64,000 bases of DNA, taken from contig CAWAIK010000001.1 of assembly GCA_963782115.1 (NCBI GenBank), positions 704,001-768,000 on the forward strand, in the 5' to 3' direction. Source of the stretch: an uncultured Verrucomicrobiae bacterium (GTDB taxonomy: Bacteria; Verrucomicrobiota; Verrucomicrobiia; Chthoniobacterales; JAFAMB01). Each line of letters opens with the position of its first letter. Within the stretch, counting starts at the first letter, position 1. Below, one piece after another: positions 55,250 to 64,000 of the stretch. The notes under the pieces were generated by a model, which was not told the origin of the DNA, did no database searches, and saw only the letters and a list, made by a program, of their open reading frames with translations. Both the position numbers and the translations under genes were made by a program.

Positions 55250-57819
55250 GCGGCAGCGGCTGCGGGCGGAGCGAAATTGGCGGCGCTGCGTGAGGCGGTA
55301 GAAGCAGATCCCGTATTGCACGAATTGGCCGAGACACCGCTGATGCTCAGCATAATGAGCCTAGCCTATCAGGGAGTGGACGGTAACGGATTGACCGGGC
55401 AGAAAGTGGTTTCACTCGAAGAACGCCGAAAGCGGATCTTTGGACTTTACGTCGAGCAGATGTTTCACCGGAGAGGAACGGCTTCTCTTGTGTTTCCTAA
55501 GGAGAAAATCATCGGTTGGCTCTCGTGGCTGGCTGGGAAGATGAGCGAACACTCGCAGTCGGTCTTTCTCGTAGAGGGACTTCAACCGAGTTGGTTAGGC
55601 ACAAGAGCTAAACGGATAGCATATAAGGTCATTACAGTTCTGATTTTTTGGCTGATTTTTTGGCCGATTATCGGGCTGATCGGCGGGTTGTTCTTCGGGC
55701 TGATCGGCAGTTTCGTACTCACCCCGGTTAATAAAATCCACTTGGTGGAAACAGTAAGTTGGAATTGGCATGAGTCTTGGGCTGCTCTTAGTTTGACTTT
55801 GTAATTTTTAAATTGACGTTTTCCCGAATTTTTGCTGACTTGACTCTCAGCTCTAATGGAGAAGCAATTCTAAATCCGAAGAACATAGTGAAATCAAGAA
55901 GAGCCCCCTGAGAGGGGTGGCAGATCGATTTCTAAGTTTTGTGATGAGTTACGCCGAGCATTTTATAAGTTATCGGCGGGATGTGTCTGAGAAGGCTAGG
56001 CAGTATGCTTCCGGCTTGATGCAGGCAGGCTCGCGTAAAAATATCTACGCGATTTCAGAGGTAGTGCCGGAGACCGACGAACGAAATCTGCAGCAGTTTA
56101 TCACTCACTCTAAATGGAGCACGCGTGAAGTGCTTGATCATGTGGCACGCGATGCAGATGAGTTGATCGGGGATACAACGGACGCCGCGCTGATTATCGA
56201 CGAGAGTGGGTTTGCCAAACAAGGCAAGATGTCTGTCGGCGCCAGTCGTCAATACCTAGGGCGATTGGGTAAGGTCGATAATGGGCAGGTGGCAGTCTTC
56301 GGAGTTTTGGCCAAGGGACGTTTTGCCACAGCCATTGATACTCGGCTCTACTTGCCCAAAGAATGGACCGATGATCCGCAGCGATGCAACCGGGCTGGCA
56401 TCCCGGAAAGCGAACAGGTCTTTAAGACCAAAAACCAACTGGCTCTGGAAATCGTTGAGCAGGCCCGTCGCAACGGAGTGCGCTTTGGCTGGGTTGGAGC
56501 CGATGCGGGCTATGGCAGCGGTCCGGATTTTCTCTTTGCTTTGGAGGATGGCGGCCACAACTTCCTGGTCGACGTTCACAAGAGCTTCATGGTCTACGAG
56601 ATTGATCCGCAGCCCGCCATTCCACCAGAGCCTTCAAGTAAGGGGCCCAAAGCAAGGCGCAAGATTACCGGAAAGAAGGGTCTGAGCGTCGAGGAGTTGG
56701 TGGAATCATACTCCCTGAAAGATTGGAAGATTTGCAATGTCAGAGAAACTACTCGGGGCTCGCTCAAACTTCGGGTGTTACGTAAGAGCGTAGATGTGTG
56801 GGACAAGCAGAGCGAGCAGGCGCGTCGCTATGAACTCTTGGTCACCGAGAACATGGACGGAGAAGATCGGAAGTATTCATTGACCAACCTAAATCCGTCG
56901 ACCTCGACGCGGCGTCTAAGCTGGATGCAGAGACAACGCTATTGGGTAGAACGGTGCTTTGAGGATGGCAAGGGTCAGTGCGGCATGGCGGACTACCAGG
57001 TGCGCCTTTGGAATGCGTGGCACCATCATATGGCACTGGTGATGATGGCAATGCTCTTCATGCTGACCGAAAAACTCCAGATGAAAGACCAATGCCCTTT
57101 GCTAAGTTGCGCGGACATCGAGAAGTTGCTAGCGGCATTCCTACCGCGAAAGGACGCGAGCCCAGAGCAAGTCTATAGTCATATGAAGCGTCGCCACGAA
57201 ATGCGAAGACGAGCGATCGAGTCTCACGCCAAATGCAATGCGCAGCGGCGATCTAAAGTAACGTAGTCAAATTAGGAGCACGCTGATTTTCGGGCCGATT
57301 GTCGGGCTGATCGGCGGGCTGCGCCTTGGGCTGATGACCGGCCTGCTCGCCGTTATGGGTGGTTTGTTGAGCGTCAGTTTGCATTATGGATTTACCCCTA
57401 AGGTCAAAGTGGGCAAAGCATCTCCGAATCAAGGGATCAAGCTGTCGCTGAGAAGTTCTTCGGTTGTATTCCTCGTTACCTCGTCGAGCGCCGGACTGAT
57501 CTTCGGGCTGTTTGGGTTTTTCGTGCCGGTTGTTCTGGTCCTGTTGGCGCTGCTCTTTGGGTTGTTTGTCGGGTTAAGCCGAGGGGGTTCAGCCGTAATC
57601 AAGCACTGTGCGCTACGACTGGTTCTTTGGCGGAAGGAATATACGCCTCTCAATATTGTCAAGTTCCTCAACCAATGCGCCAGACTTACTTTCCTGAAGA
57701 AAGTGGGCGGTGGCTACATCTTCATCCACCGGATGCTACTTGATTACTTCGCCGATTTGACTCCTAAATCCACAAAAGGTGGTGATGGAAAAACGGGTCG
57801 GCCAGACCTTATTGCTTAA
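55250..57819 (+). pseudogene. NACHT-type NTPase/membrane protein, C-terminal fragment interrupted by IS701
   Basis: LAETPLMLSIM.LAY, WLSWLA.KM..HSQSVF..E.LQPSWL, Gly-rich TM repeats, PNQGI..S and GGGYIFIHRMLLDYFA. IS removal restores the frame; the Walker A region is absent. Confidence 0.8.
55792..57271 (+). mobile_element. IS701-family insertion sequence, copy 2 (1480 bp)
   Basis: TTTGAC...GTCAAA ends and TTAG duplication (55788-55791, 57272-57275); transposase at 55917-57266. Confidence 0.92.
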
Positions 57820-58577
57820 CGTTTTCATATCTTCTGCGATTCGTCGAAACTGTTCCAACGCTGCTGCCAATTCCTCGCAATCTCCAGAGCGAGCACGTTC
57901 GCATCTGGAAGGTTGGCAGCTATCTTCGAGCGAGCCGTTTATCAGCCAGAAATATCGGGGTTTAATTTGTCCCGTTTGAGCAACTCGTCGTAGTTGAAGC
58001 CCTTGAACCGCTCGCTTTCGGGTGCGTTCATGGCGGTTCTCGGCGTGGAAGCTTCAGACGAATTCGTCGAGACCAGAACGTTTCAGCGTTCTTTCTTTCA
58101 GAGTGAAGTGCTGATTGTTCCTTTTCGCCGCATTGATTAAAGAGACGTCCCTTGGAGTGGAGCGATTCCTTTTCTAAGCCCACCAGCGCTCCCGCCGCTA
58201 AGGCTATGACCGAGGCCGAAGTCCCTCGCAGCCGGGTCGCAATGTAGGTAAAGTGTGTGCTCCAGCCGCATGGGACCAACCAGTATTCCGGAGTTGGTAA
58301 TGTTGCCACGTCCAGATCGCTAAACCCGTCCAGTTTGGCTAAGGAATTGCCACAACCTTCACAAACCTGATCTCCTTTTTCGGATCTGGTAAGTTCGCTT
58401 GAAACCTTCCAGGAGAAAGAAAAGAATAGTCTGTGCTTTCGCTCACGACTTGTTTGGCGGAATTGTATCCGACAAGTTTCATCGCAGAAACATCTGATTG
58501 CGCAACACCGTAGACGCACAAAACATTACCAGCCCAGCGATTACTCGTTACAGTAGGTGCACCGACATAATTGGAAG

Positions 58578-58940
58578 CTATCGGAGCTGGGGTTGGAATG
58601 TCGGAGCAGATTTGATTATTGCGACGGTCGCAGCAGCCGGAGTAGCAGGAGCCCGATAAGTTCCGTCTACTAATGAGTCTAAGACACTCAAAAATTCACC
58701 AGCATATATGTCTTTAAACGTTCCAGTAAAGCTGTGGTATCTGGCGTTTACATAAGCCGCTTCGATTTGAGAACTACTGTCCTCCTTGGCACCAGAATGG
58801 AAGTATTGTTTTGCATCCATCTCTGCAATTCGATCTAGATTATCAAGCTCGTCGTTACTGGATATGGAATTTTGGGCTTGAAGCGAGCAGACCGTCATCG
58901 TCAATCCGGTGACGGTCAACAGCAAAAAGTTCGTCTTCAT
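58578..58940 (-). CDS. Hypothetical secreted protein
   Basis: Signal peptide ending LQA; 3 bp downstream of the previous ORF. Confidence 0.55.
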   Translation of the reverse strand: MKTNFLLLTVTGLTMTVCSLQAQNSISSNDELDNLDRIAEMDAKQYFHSGAKEDSSSQIEAAYVNARYHSFTGTFKDIYAGEFLSVLDSLVDGTYRAPATPAAATVAIIKSAPTFQPQLR

Positions 58941-58943
58941 ACC

Positions 58944-59411
58944 TTATAAATTGTGGAGGATGGGTTTATGAACGTCTTTACTCGCCGTTTCGGAATTCCT
59001 TTGCGGCTTGGAGGTTTTAGCGTGTTGGACGGTTTCCTGTTGGTCTCTTAGAGCGGCGGCTTTCTTAGCGTTTTTAGTCTGAGCTTTCATTTCATCGGCT
59101 TCGACAAACGGAGTGGGCGTTGGTTCGGGAGCCGGAGCGGCAACAACAGAGGTGTCGGGTGTCAGTTCGCTTACCGCTCTTTCCGATTTTACCGTGTTTG
59201 TAGCCGGAACAGAGTTAATATTATCAACTCTGGTTGGCGACCAAAGGCAGAAGGCTCCAAAGATTAAAATAAGAAAAAGTAAAGCCGTAAACACGTTACG
59301 GGCGGGTGGGTGAGCTAGAGTCACGGCACCAAAAATGAAAAATATGATGAGTAGCGGCAAAATGGTATTGGCTAAGGCGCAATACAGCGCACTACTTTGA
59401 TGCTTCGGCAT
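58944..59411 (-). CDS. Hypothetical membrane protein with Pro/Thr-rich linker
   Basis: Two TM helices then PAPEPTPTP. Confidence 0.5.
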   Translation of the reverse strand: MPKHQSSALYCALANTILPLLIIFFIFGAVTLAHPPARNVFTALLFLILIFGAFCLWSPTRVDNINSVPATNTVKSERAVSELTPDTSVVAAPAPEPTPTPFVEADEMKAQTKNAKKAAALRDQQETVQHAKTSKPQRNSETASKDVHKPILHNL

Positions 59412-59557
59412 TCTTGGCGATTTCCTGAGGGAAATCGGGCTGCAGTTTGGACATTTCGAGACCGCAACGCCGGGTAAAATCCACGATCTTCGCTAGCCGA
59501 AACTTTTAAATTTTTCTGCTGGTTTCGGAAATCCGTTCGGTGTAATGACTTCCGAGA

Positions 59558-60451
59558 ATGGAGTCATTATATGTTCAGAGCCGCACGTTAGAAGCAAAGG
59601 ATCTGGAATGGATCCGTCAACTCATTGACGCTCATCCCGGCTGGAACCGCACCAAGCTCTCTCAGCACATTGCGCAACGGTGGGAGTGGCGAAATCACGC
59701 CGGCCAGCTCAAGGATATGTCCTGCCGCACGATGCTCCTAAAACTGGAGCAAAAGCGCTTGATCTGCTTGCCGGCCCGCCAGAAGCCCTCCAATAACGGC
59801 TGCGCTTTTCGCCCAGTGGCTCCGCCGATGGCCCAGCAGCTCGTGGAGCCGATCGATAGCCAGCTCAAGATGTTAGAGCCGCTCTGCATCGTCCCGGCGC
59901 AGAGCCCCGAAGAGTTGGCTCTCTTTGACTGGCTTTTGTGGCGTTATCACTATCTGCCTTACAACGGAGCAGCCGGTGAGAACATCAAGTATTTGGTTTT
60001 TGATGGTCGCGCTCGTCCGTTGGCCTGCCTGCTTTACGGGGCCGCGGCGTGGAAGCTCGCAGTTCGTGACCAGCTCATCGGCTGGAGTAAGCAGCAGCGT
60101 GAAGTCAACCTGTGCTACCTCGTCAACAACCAGCGTTTTTTGATCCTGCCTTGGGTGCGCGTCAAAAATCTGGCTTCTTATTTGTTAAGCGCTTCGCTTT
60201 CGATGCTCTCCGCCCATTGGCAGCTCAAGTATGGTCATCCTATCTACTTGGCCGAGACCTTTGTCGAGTGCGAGCGCTTCCGCGGAACCTGCTATCGAGC
60301 CGCCAACTGGAGCTGGCTGGGCCAAACTCAGGGCCGTGGCCGTAACGACCGCTCTCGGCTCTCTCGGGTGCCGATCAAAGACATTTATGTGCGGGCGCTC
60401 TGCAAGGACTTTCGCCAACGTCTAACCCAGAGCTTGCGACGATGCTCTTAG
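59558..60451 (+). CDS. DUF4338 domain protein (DruA-like)
   Basis: LKDMSCR..LLKLE, YHYLPY...GENIKYL, AAWKL..RD..IGW, NNQRFLILPWV..NLAS, AETFV and GTCYRAANW..LGQTQGRG. Confidence 0.88.
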   Translation: MESLYVQSRTLEAKDLEWIRQLIDAHPGWNRTKLSQHIAQRWEWRNHAGQLKDMSCRTMLLKLEQKRLICLPARQKPSNNGCAFRPVAPPMAQQLVEPIDSQLKMLEPLCIVPAQSPEELALFDWLLWRYHYLPYNGAAGENIKYLVFDGRARPLACLLYGAAAWKLAVRDQLIGWSKQQREVNLCYLVNNQRFLILPWVRVKNLASYLLSASLSMLSAHWQLKYGHPIYLAETFVECERFRGTCYRAANWSWLGQTQGRGRNDRSRLSRVPIKDIYVRALCKDFRQRLTQSLRRCS

Positions 60452-61809
60452 AGAACTTACTCCATTTGCTGGGAGGCTGGGCGCCCGCCTTCTGCCAAAA
60501 GCGTACCTGTCAGCGGGCCATCGCACTGGCGCTCGGCTTACTCTGCGGCTTAGGACGTCGCACCGTCACCCGCGCCATCTGCTTTAACAACCGCCAGCAT
60601 CAGGACTGGAGCGCCGATTACAAGCTCTTCAACCGCAGTCGGTGGGAGCCAGAGGCCCTTTTTGAGCCGGTCATCCAGACCGCCGTCGGCCAATACTGCC
60701 CAAAACAGATCGTGGTCGGCTTAGATGACACCGGAATCAAACGTTCGGGCAAAAAAATTAAGACGGCCTACTGGCAGCGTGATCCACTGAGTCCACCTTT
60801 TCACACCAATCTCATGTTCGGTCAGCGTTTCCTCCAGGCCTCGCTGCTCACGCCTCTCTACGACTTTGATGGAGAAAGTTCACCGCGCAGCCTGCCCATC
60901 CGTTTTGAAGAAGTTACTCCAGTGCGCAAGCCGGGAAAAAAGGCGACCCCGGAACAAAAGGCCGCTTACCGTCAGGCAAAAAAGACTCACAATCTCTCGA
61001 CGGCCTTTGTCGAGATGCTAGGCGGACTGCGCCGAGACATTGACTCCCAGGGTTTTGCAGAGAACCTCATTGCCGTGGGCGATGGCTCTTTCTGCAACAA
61101 AACCACCTTCCGCCAACCTTTGGATCGCACCATTCTCATCACGCGAGCTCGCAAAGACCTGCGACTCTGTTTTCCCTATCAGGGGCCAGCTCGTCGCTAT
61201 TATGGAACCGAACTCTTCAGCCCCGAAATGGTCTATCAAGACTCGACCATCCCCTGGAAAGAGACCAAAATCTTTCATGGCTCTAGATTCCGCAAGATTC
61301 GCTTTAAGGAAGTCGGCCAACTACTCTGGCAACGTGGAGGTCGCCGCCGGCTTTTGCGGCTCTTTGTCCTCGCTCCCACTCCCTATCGCAAGACCAAAGA
61401 GGGACCGTTCTATTACCGGGAAAGGGCCTACCTGTTGTGCGACGACAACCAGTTGCCGGCCCAAAAACTTTTGCAAGCTTACTTCGATCGTTGGCAAATT
61501 GAAGTCAACCATCGCGACGAAAAGAGCATCCTTGGAGTGGGGCAGGCACAGGTCTGGGCGGATTTGAGCGTGCCGCGGGTCCCGGCTCTGATGGTCGCGA
61601 CCTACAGCTTAATGCTCTTGAGCGTCTTAGAGACCCATGGACCAAAGCGCACCGAAGACTATGAACCGCTACCCAAGTGGCGCGACGCTGCCAGGCGCCC
61701 CTCCTGCCAGGACGCGGTCACACTCTTGCGCAAACAGATTGAGGGCCGCCAAGGCACGCCTACAAACGTCATTGGGTACCCCTCTATGGTTCAGACCGCT
61801 GCGGCCTGA
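60442..61809 (+). CDS. DDE-superfamily transposase (IS701/IS4-like)
   Basis: GLDDT, VGDGSF and Y..RWQIEV.HRDEK..LG.G. Confidence 0.85.
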   Translation: MLLENLLHLLGGWAPAFCQKRTCQRAIALALGLLCGLGRRTVTRAICFNNRQHQDWSADYKLFNRSRWEPEALFEPVIQTAVGQYCPKQIVVGLDDTGIKRSGKKIKTAYWQRDPLSPPFHTNLMFGQRFLQASLLTPLYDFDGESSPRSLPIRFEEVTPVRKPGKKATPEQKAAYRQAKKTHNLSTAFVEMLGGLRRDIDSQGFAENLIAVGDGSFCNKTTFRQPLDRTILITRARKDLRLCFPYQGPARRYYGTELFSPEMVYQDSTIPWKETKIFHGSRFRKIRFKEVGQLLWQRGGRRRLLRLFVLAPTPYRKTKEGPFYYRERAYLLCDDNQLPAQKLLQAYFDRWQIEVNHRDEKSILGVGQAQVWADLSVPRVPALMVATYSLMLLSVLETHGPKRTEDYEPLPKWRDAARRPSCQDAVTLLRKQIEGRQGTPTNVIGYPSMVQTAAA

Positions 61810-61865
61810 GCGGCTACACCTCAATATGGCGTTGTTAGGAAGCGTTGGAGATGTCCAAACTGCAG

Positions 61866-62110
61866 TCATAACGAATTTTGGACATTTTACCGTCAGTATA
61901 CCAAGCGGTAATGAAGAATTCGTAATTTCCCGCTCCTAGAAAAACATAAACTTCTCTTCCGAGTTCATCGGTTTTTGCTAAACCGAACTTATTTTTGCCG
62001 TCGTCGTAGTGCGCTATGCTTTCCTCTACAGTCCATCCGAGTCCGGCTCGGGAGTATGCGGTCGTTACCAAAGCCACCGCCACGGCTAAAATTAAAAGGC
62101 GAGGTTCCAT
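61866..62110 (-). pseudogene. Secreted paralogue A4, truncated by the IS element
   Basis: MEPRLLILAVAVALVTTAYSRAGLGWTVEESIAHY...DGKMSKIRYD, then IS sequence. Confidence 0.6.
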
Positions 62111-62338
62111 TCTCCCGTCTAAATGACTCAACTCTCCAAAATAAACGAAAATAATTGCACTCCTCGGCGCGCTAAAGACGTCGAAGTTTGGCCAGGAGGT
62201 CGTCGTACTTTTAAACGTGCCCATCGTCTATAAAAAATCTGAGATGTGTTGTGCCCACTGAAAAGGGCGCTTGGCCACGGCTATCCGGCTGCTGGCGCAC
62301 TGCGGCTTAGGGCCGTGCGCCATGCGGAAGATTTAAAC

Positions 62339-62845
62339 TTATTGAGGCGGACCGTTTCTGTCGAAAATGTGAAGACATTTTGTATTCTGAGCGAAAGAGA
62401 CGGCCTCAACGGTCCAAGATAAGGCAGCTTCCATAGCTTCATGGGAGGATTGAGACACGTTCCCATACGATTTCCCATTTACGTCCGTGAGAAAAGTAAC
62501 TCCATCATAGTCTATTTCGGTCCAATCAGCACCAGGAACGGTGCGGGATAAGAACGCTTTGATAAGTTCCTTGGTAAAAGGTGTTCCGTCTAAACGGGTA
62601 TAGATAATCAGCCAAACTCTGCCGTTGAAGCAATTGGCTTCCATACCGTACCCTTGAGATTGAAAATCGTACTCGATGTCGCCGTTGGGGCCATTCTGTG
62701 CTCCCCGTACTTTCAAAACTTGACCCCAAGCTTGCGTGCATTGGGAAAGAGTACTACCCAGGCCGATTCCAGCGTGGGCAGTAAAGGCGGTTACGGTCGT
62801 TACCACGGACACCGCTACAGCTAAAATTAAAAAGCGACGTCCCAC
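62339..62845 (-). CDS. Secreted paralogue A3 (intact)
   Basis: GTG start after GGGAG, aligned with the A4 ATG; near-identical to A1 from AFTAHAG to NGPPQ*. Confidence 0.8.
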   Translation of the reverse strand: MGRRFLILAVAVSVVTTVTAFTAHAGIGLGSTLSQCTQAWGQVLKVRGAQNGPNGDIEYDFQSQGYGMEANCFNGRVWLIIYTRLDGTPFTKELIKAFLSRTVPGADWTEIDYDGVTFLTDVNGKSYGNVSQSSHEAMEAALSWTVEAVSFAQNTKCLHIFDRNGPPQ

Positions 62846-62921
62846 TCCCGTCTTAGATGACCCAACTCTTGGAAACAAACGAAAATAATTGCAACTCCCT
62901 CGTTGGTTCAGGCGATCCGTC

Positions 62922-63146
62922 TCATCTTCGCCCAGGTCTTCGTCGTCCTCCAAACCAGAAGCGCTTTTGAGAAGCGGATGGAGCGGGTGCGTTCAACGAA
63001 TGCCGGGCCGGAAAAACATGCGTGCGTCCGACCTGGATGTACCCTAAAAACTGCTCGTTATTGTGGACGATAACGGTGTGGACCTGGACATCGGGGTGAT
63101 AGAGCAAACTTCCAACAGGGAGAGCATTGATTTCAGAGCGGGTCAT
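62922..63146 (-). CDS. Small hypothetical protein
   Basis: MTRSEINALPVGSLL resembles the MTRNQVEKLPAGAVV start at 39548. Confidence 0.4.
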   Translation of the reverse strand: MTRSEINALPVGSLLYHPDVQVHTVIVHNNEQFLGYIQVGRTHVFPARHSLNAPAPSASQKRFWFGGRRRPGRR

Positions 63147-64000
63147 ACCCCATAAGACATTTCAATATTGATCGGGTCCTGGTGCGATGCGGGATCGGAC
63201 CGTGGGGTGCCGTGCGACACGCCCACGAAAAAGCAAAATCCTCAAGCCCTTTAAAGCAACCCGCTAAAACCTGGGATTGCACTTTTCAAGCCCCAACTGT
63301 GGCAACTCGGTTCCGTCTCGACCCTTCCACGATTCTGTCACTACGCCCTAGAACTGAATATCATCGGGCTCGGGGTCTTCGAATTGAACTCGAGAAACTT
63401 CTGCTTCAACAGCGATTTGCCATAATTGTTCTTTTGCAGAATTCATCGAGTTTTCAAAGTTCTCAACGAGTCGTCTGACTTCTTCTAGATATTCTCCCAG
63501 AGACCTTCGAAACACCAATTGATTGACGGCTTGCCGTCCGTTGTGTCGAATCTGGGCCAATGGTCCGATTCTTTTGGAGAATTGCTTTCCTTGCCTTGGC
63601 CACGACGGTATTCGCTAGCGAAAGGCTAAATGCGCTTGTAACCGCTGCACGAAATTTCTCCACGGGTAAACAGCCCGAAGAATGATGATCCATCTCTCTG
63701 GGAACCTCTTCATCGAGAGCCAACGCAGACCACAACCGATACGCTTGAACTCTTACGCGACTAAGCAGGTCTTATCTGTGCTTCCCAACGAAACAGTTTC
63801 GGGTTTGTGGAAACTGAAGTCGATCGGATCTCATACCCATTTAAAAGAGCCCGTTCCCGCTACCAACGATCGCGATCAATCTTCGAGATCTCGACTGTTG
63901 GAAAAAGGCCAACTTGGCTTCCGCTTTCTTCGAACCAAACAATGTTGCATTTTGGCTCGTCACTTCGACACAAGAGCCACGACGCTGCGGGCAGTCACCA

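Larger units (their letters stand above)
59440..61865 (+). mobile_element. Two-gene IS element: DUF4338 protein plus DDE transposase
   Basis: 15-bp perfect IR CTGCAGTTTGGACAT / ATGTCCAAACTGCAG; no target duplication; truncates the gene on its right. Confidence 0.85.

Noticed and set aside
31500..64000. Prophage
   Set aside because: No terminase, portal, capsid, tail or lysis gene is recognisable.

Overview
Bacterial accessory region, probably from a Verrucomicrobiota (PVC) genome; this is inferred from the ClpC N-terminus and a sigma-70 fragment. Few genes are intact: a polysaccharide deacetylase, a stand-alone ClpC, a short tyrosine recombinase with a res-like site, and a DNA methyltransferase fused to an Mrr-like domain. 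Most of the window is deletion-fused pseudogene debris (ackA, glucan phosphorylase, sugar-binding protein, ArsR/SRPBCC/DUF899, GNAT, Tn3, WD40, NACHT), many small secreted or membrane ORFs, and mobile DNA. Mobile DNA comprises two IS701-family copies, three IS5-family copies (two as a tandem dimer), two MITE-like elements, two unrelated DUF4338+transposase elements and a 4-gene DDE/ATPase/RecA-like transposon. The most striking structure is nested at 19385-28854. An IS66-type element is split at the CWAH|VRRDF codons by a 6.7-kb insert made of an integrase+IS91-like transposase pair and a 4-gene RIT element with 91-bp perfect inverted repeats. The outer ends of this insert rejoin into a canonical 10-6-10 tyrosine-recombinase site, suggesting it moves as one composite unit. 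A five-member family of secreted paralogues shows chimerism and repeated inactivation. No CRISPR array, rRNA or tRNA was found. Several frameshifts lie in homopolymers and may be sequencing errors.
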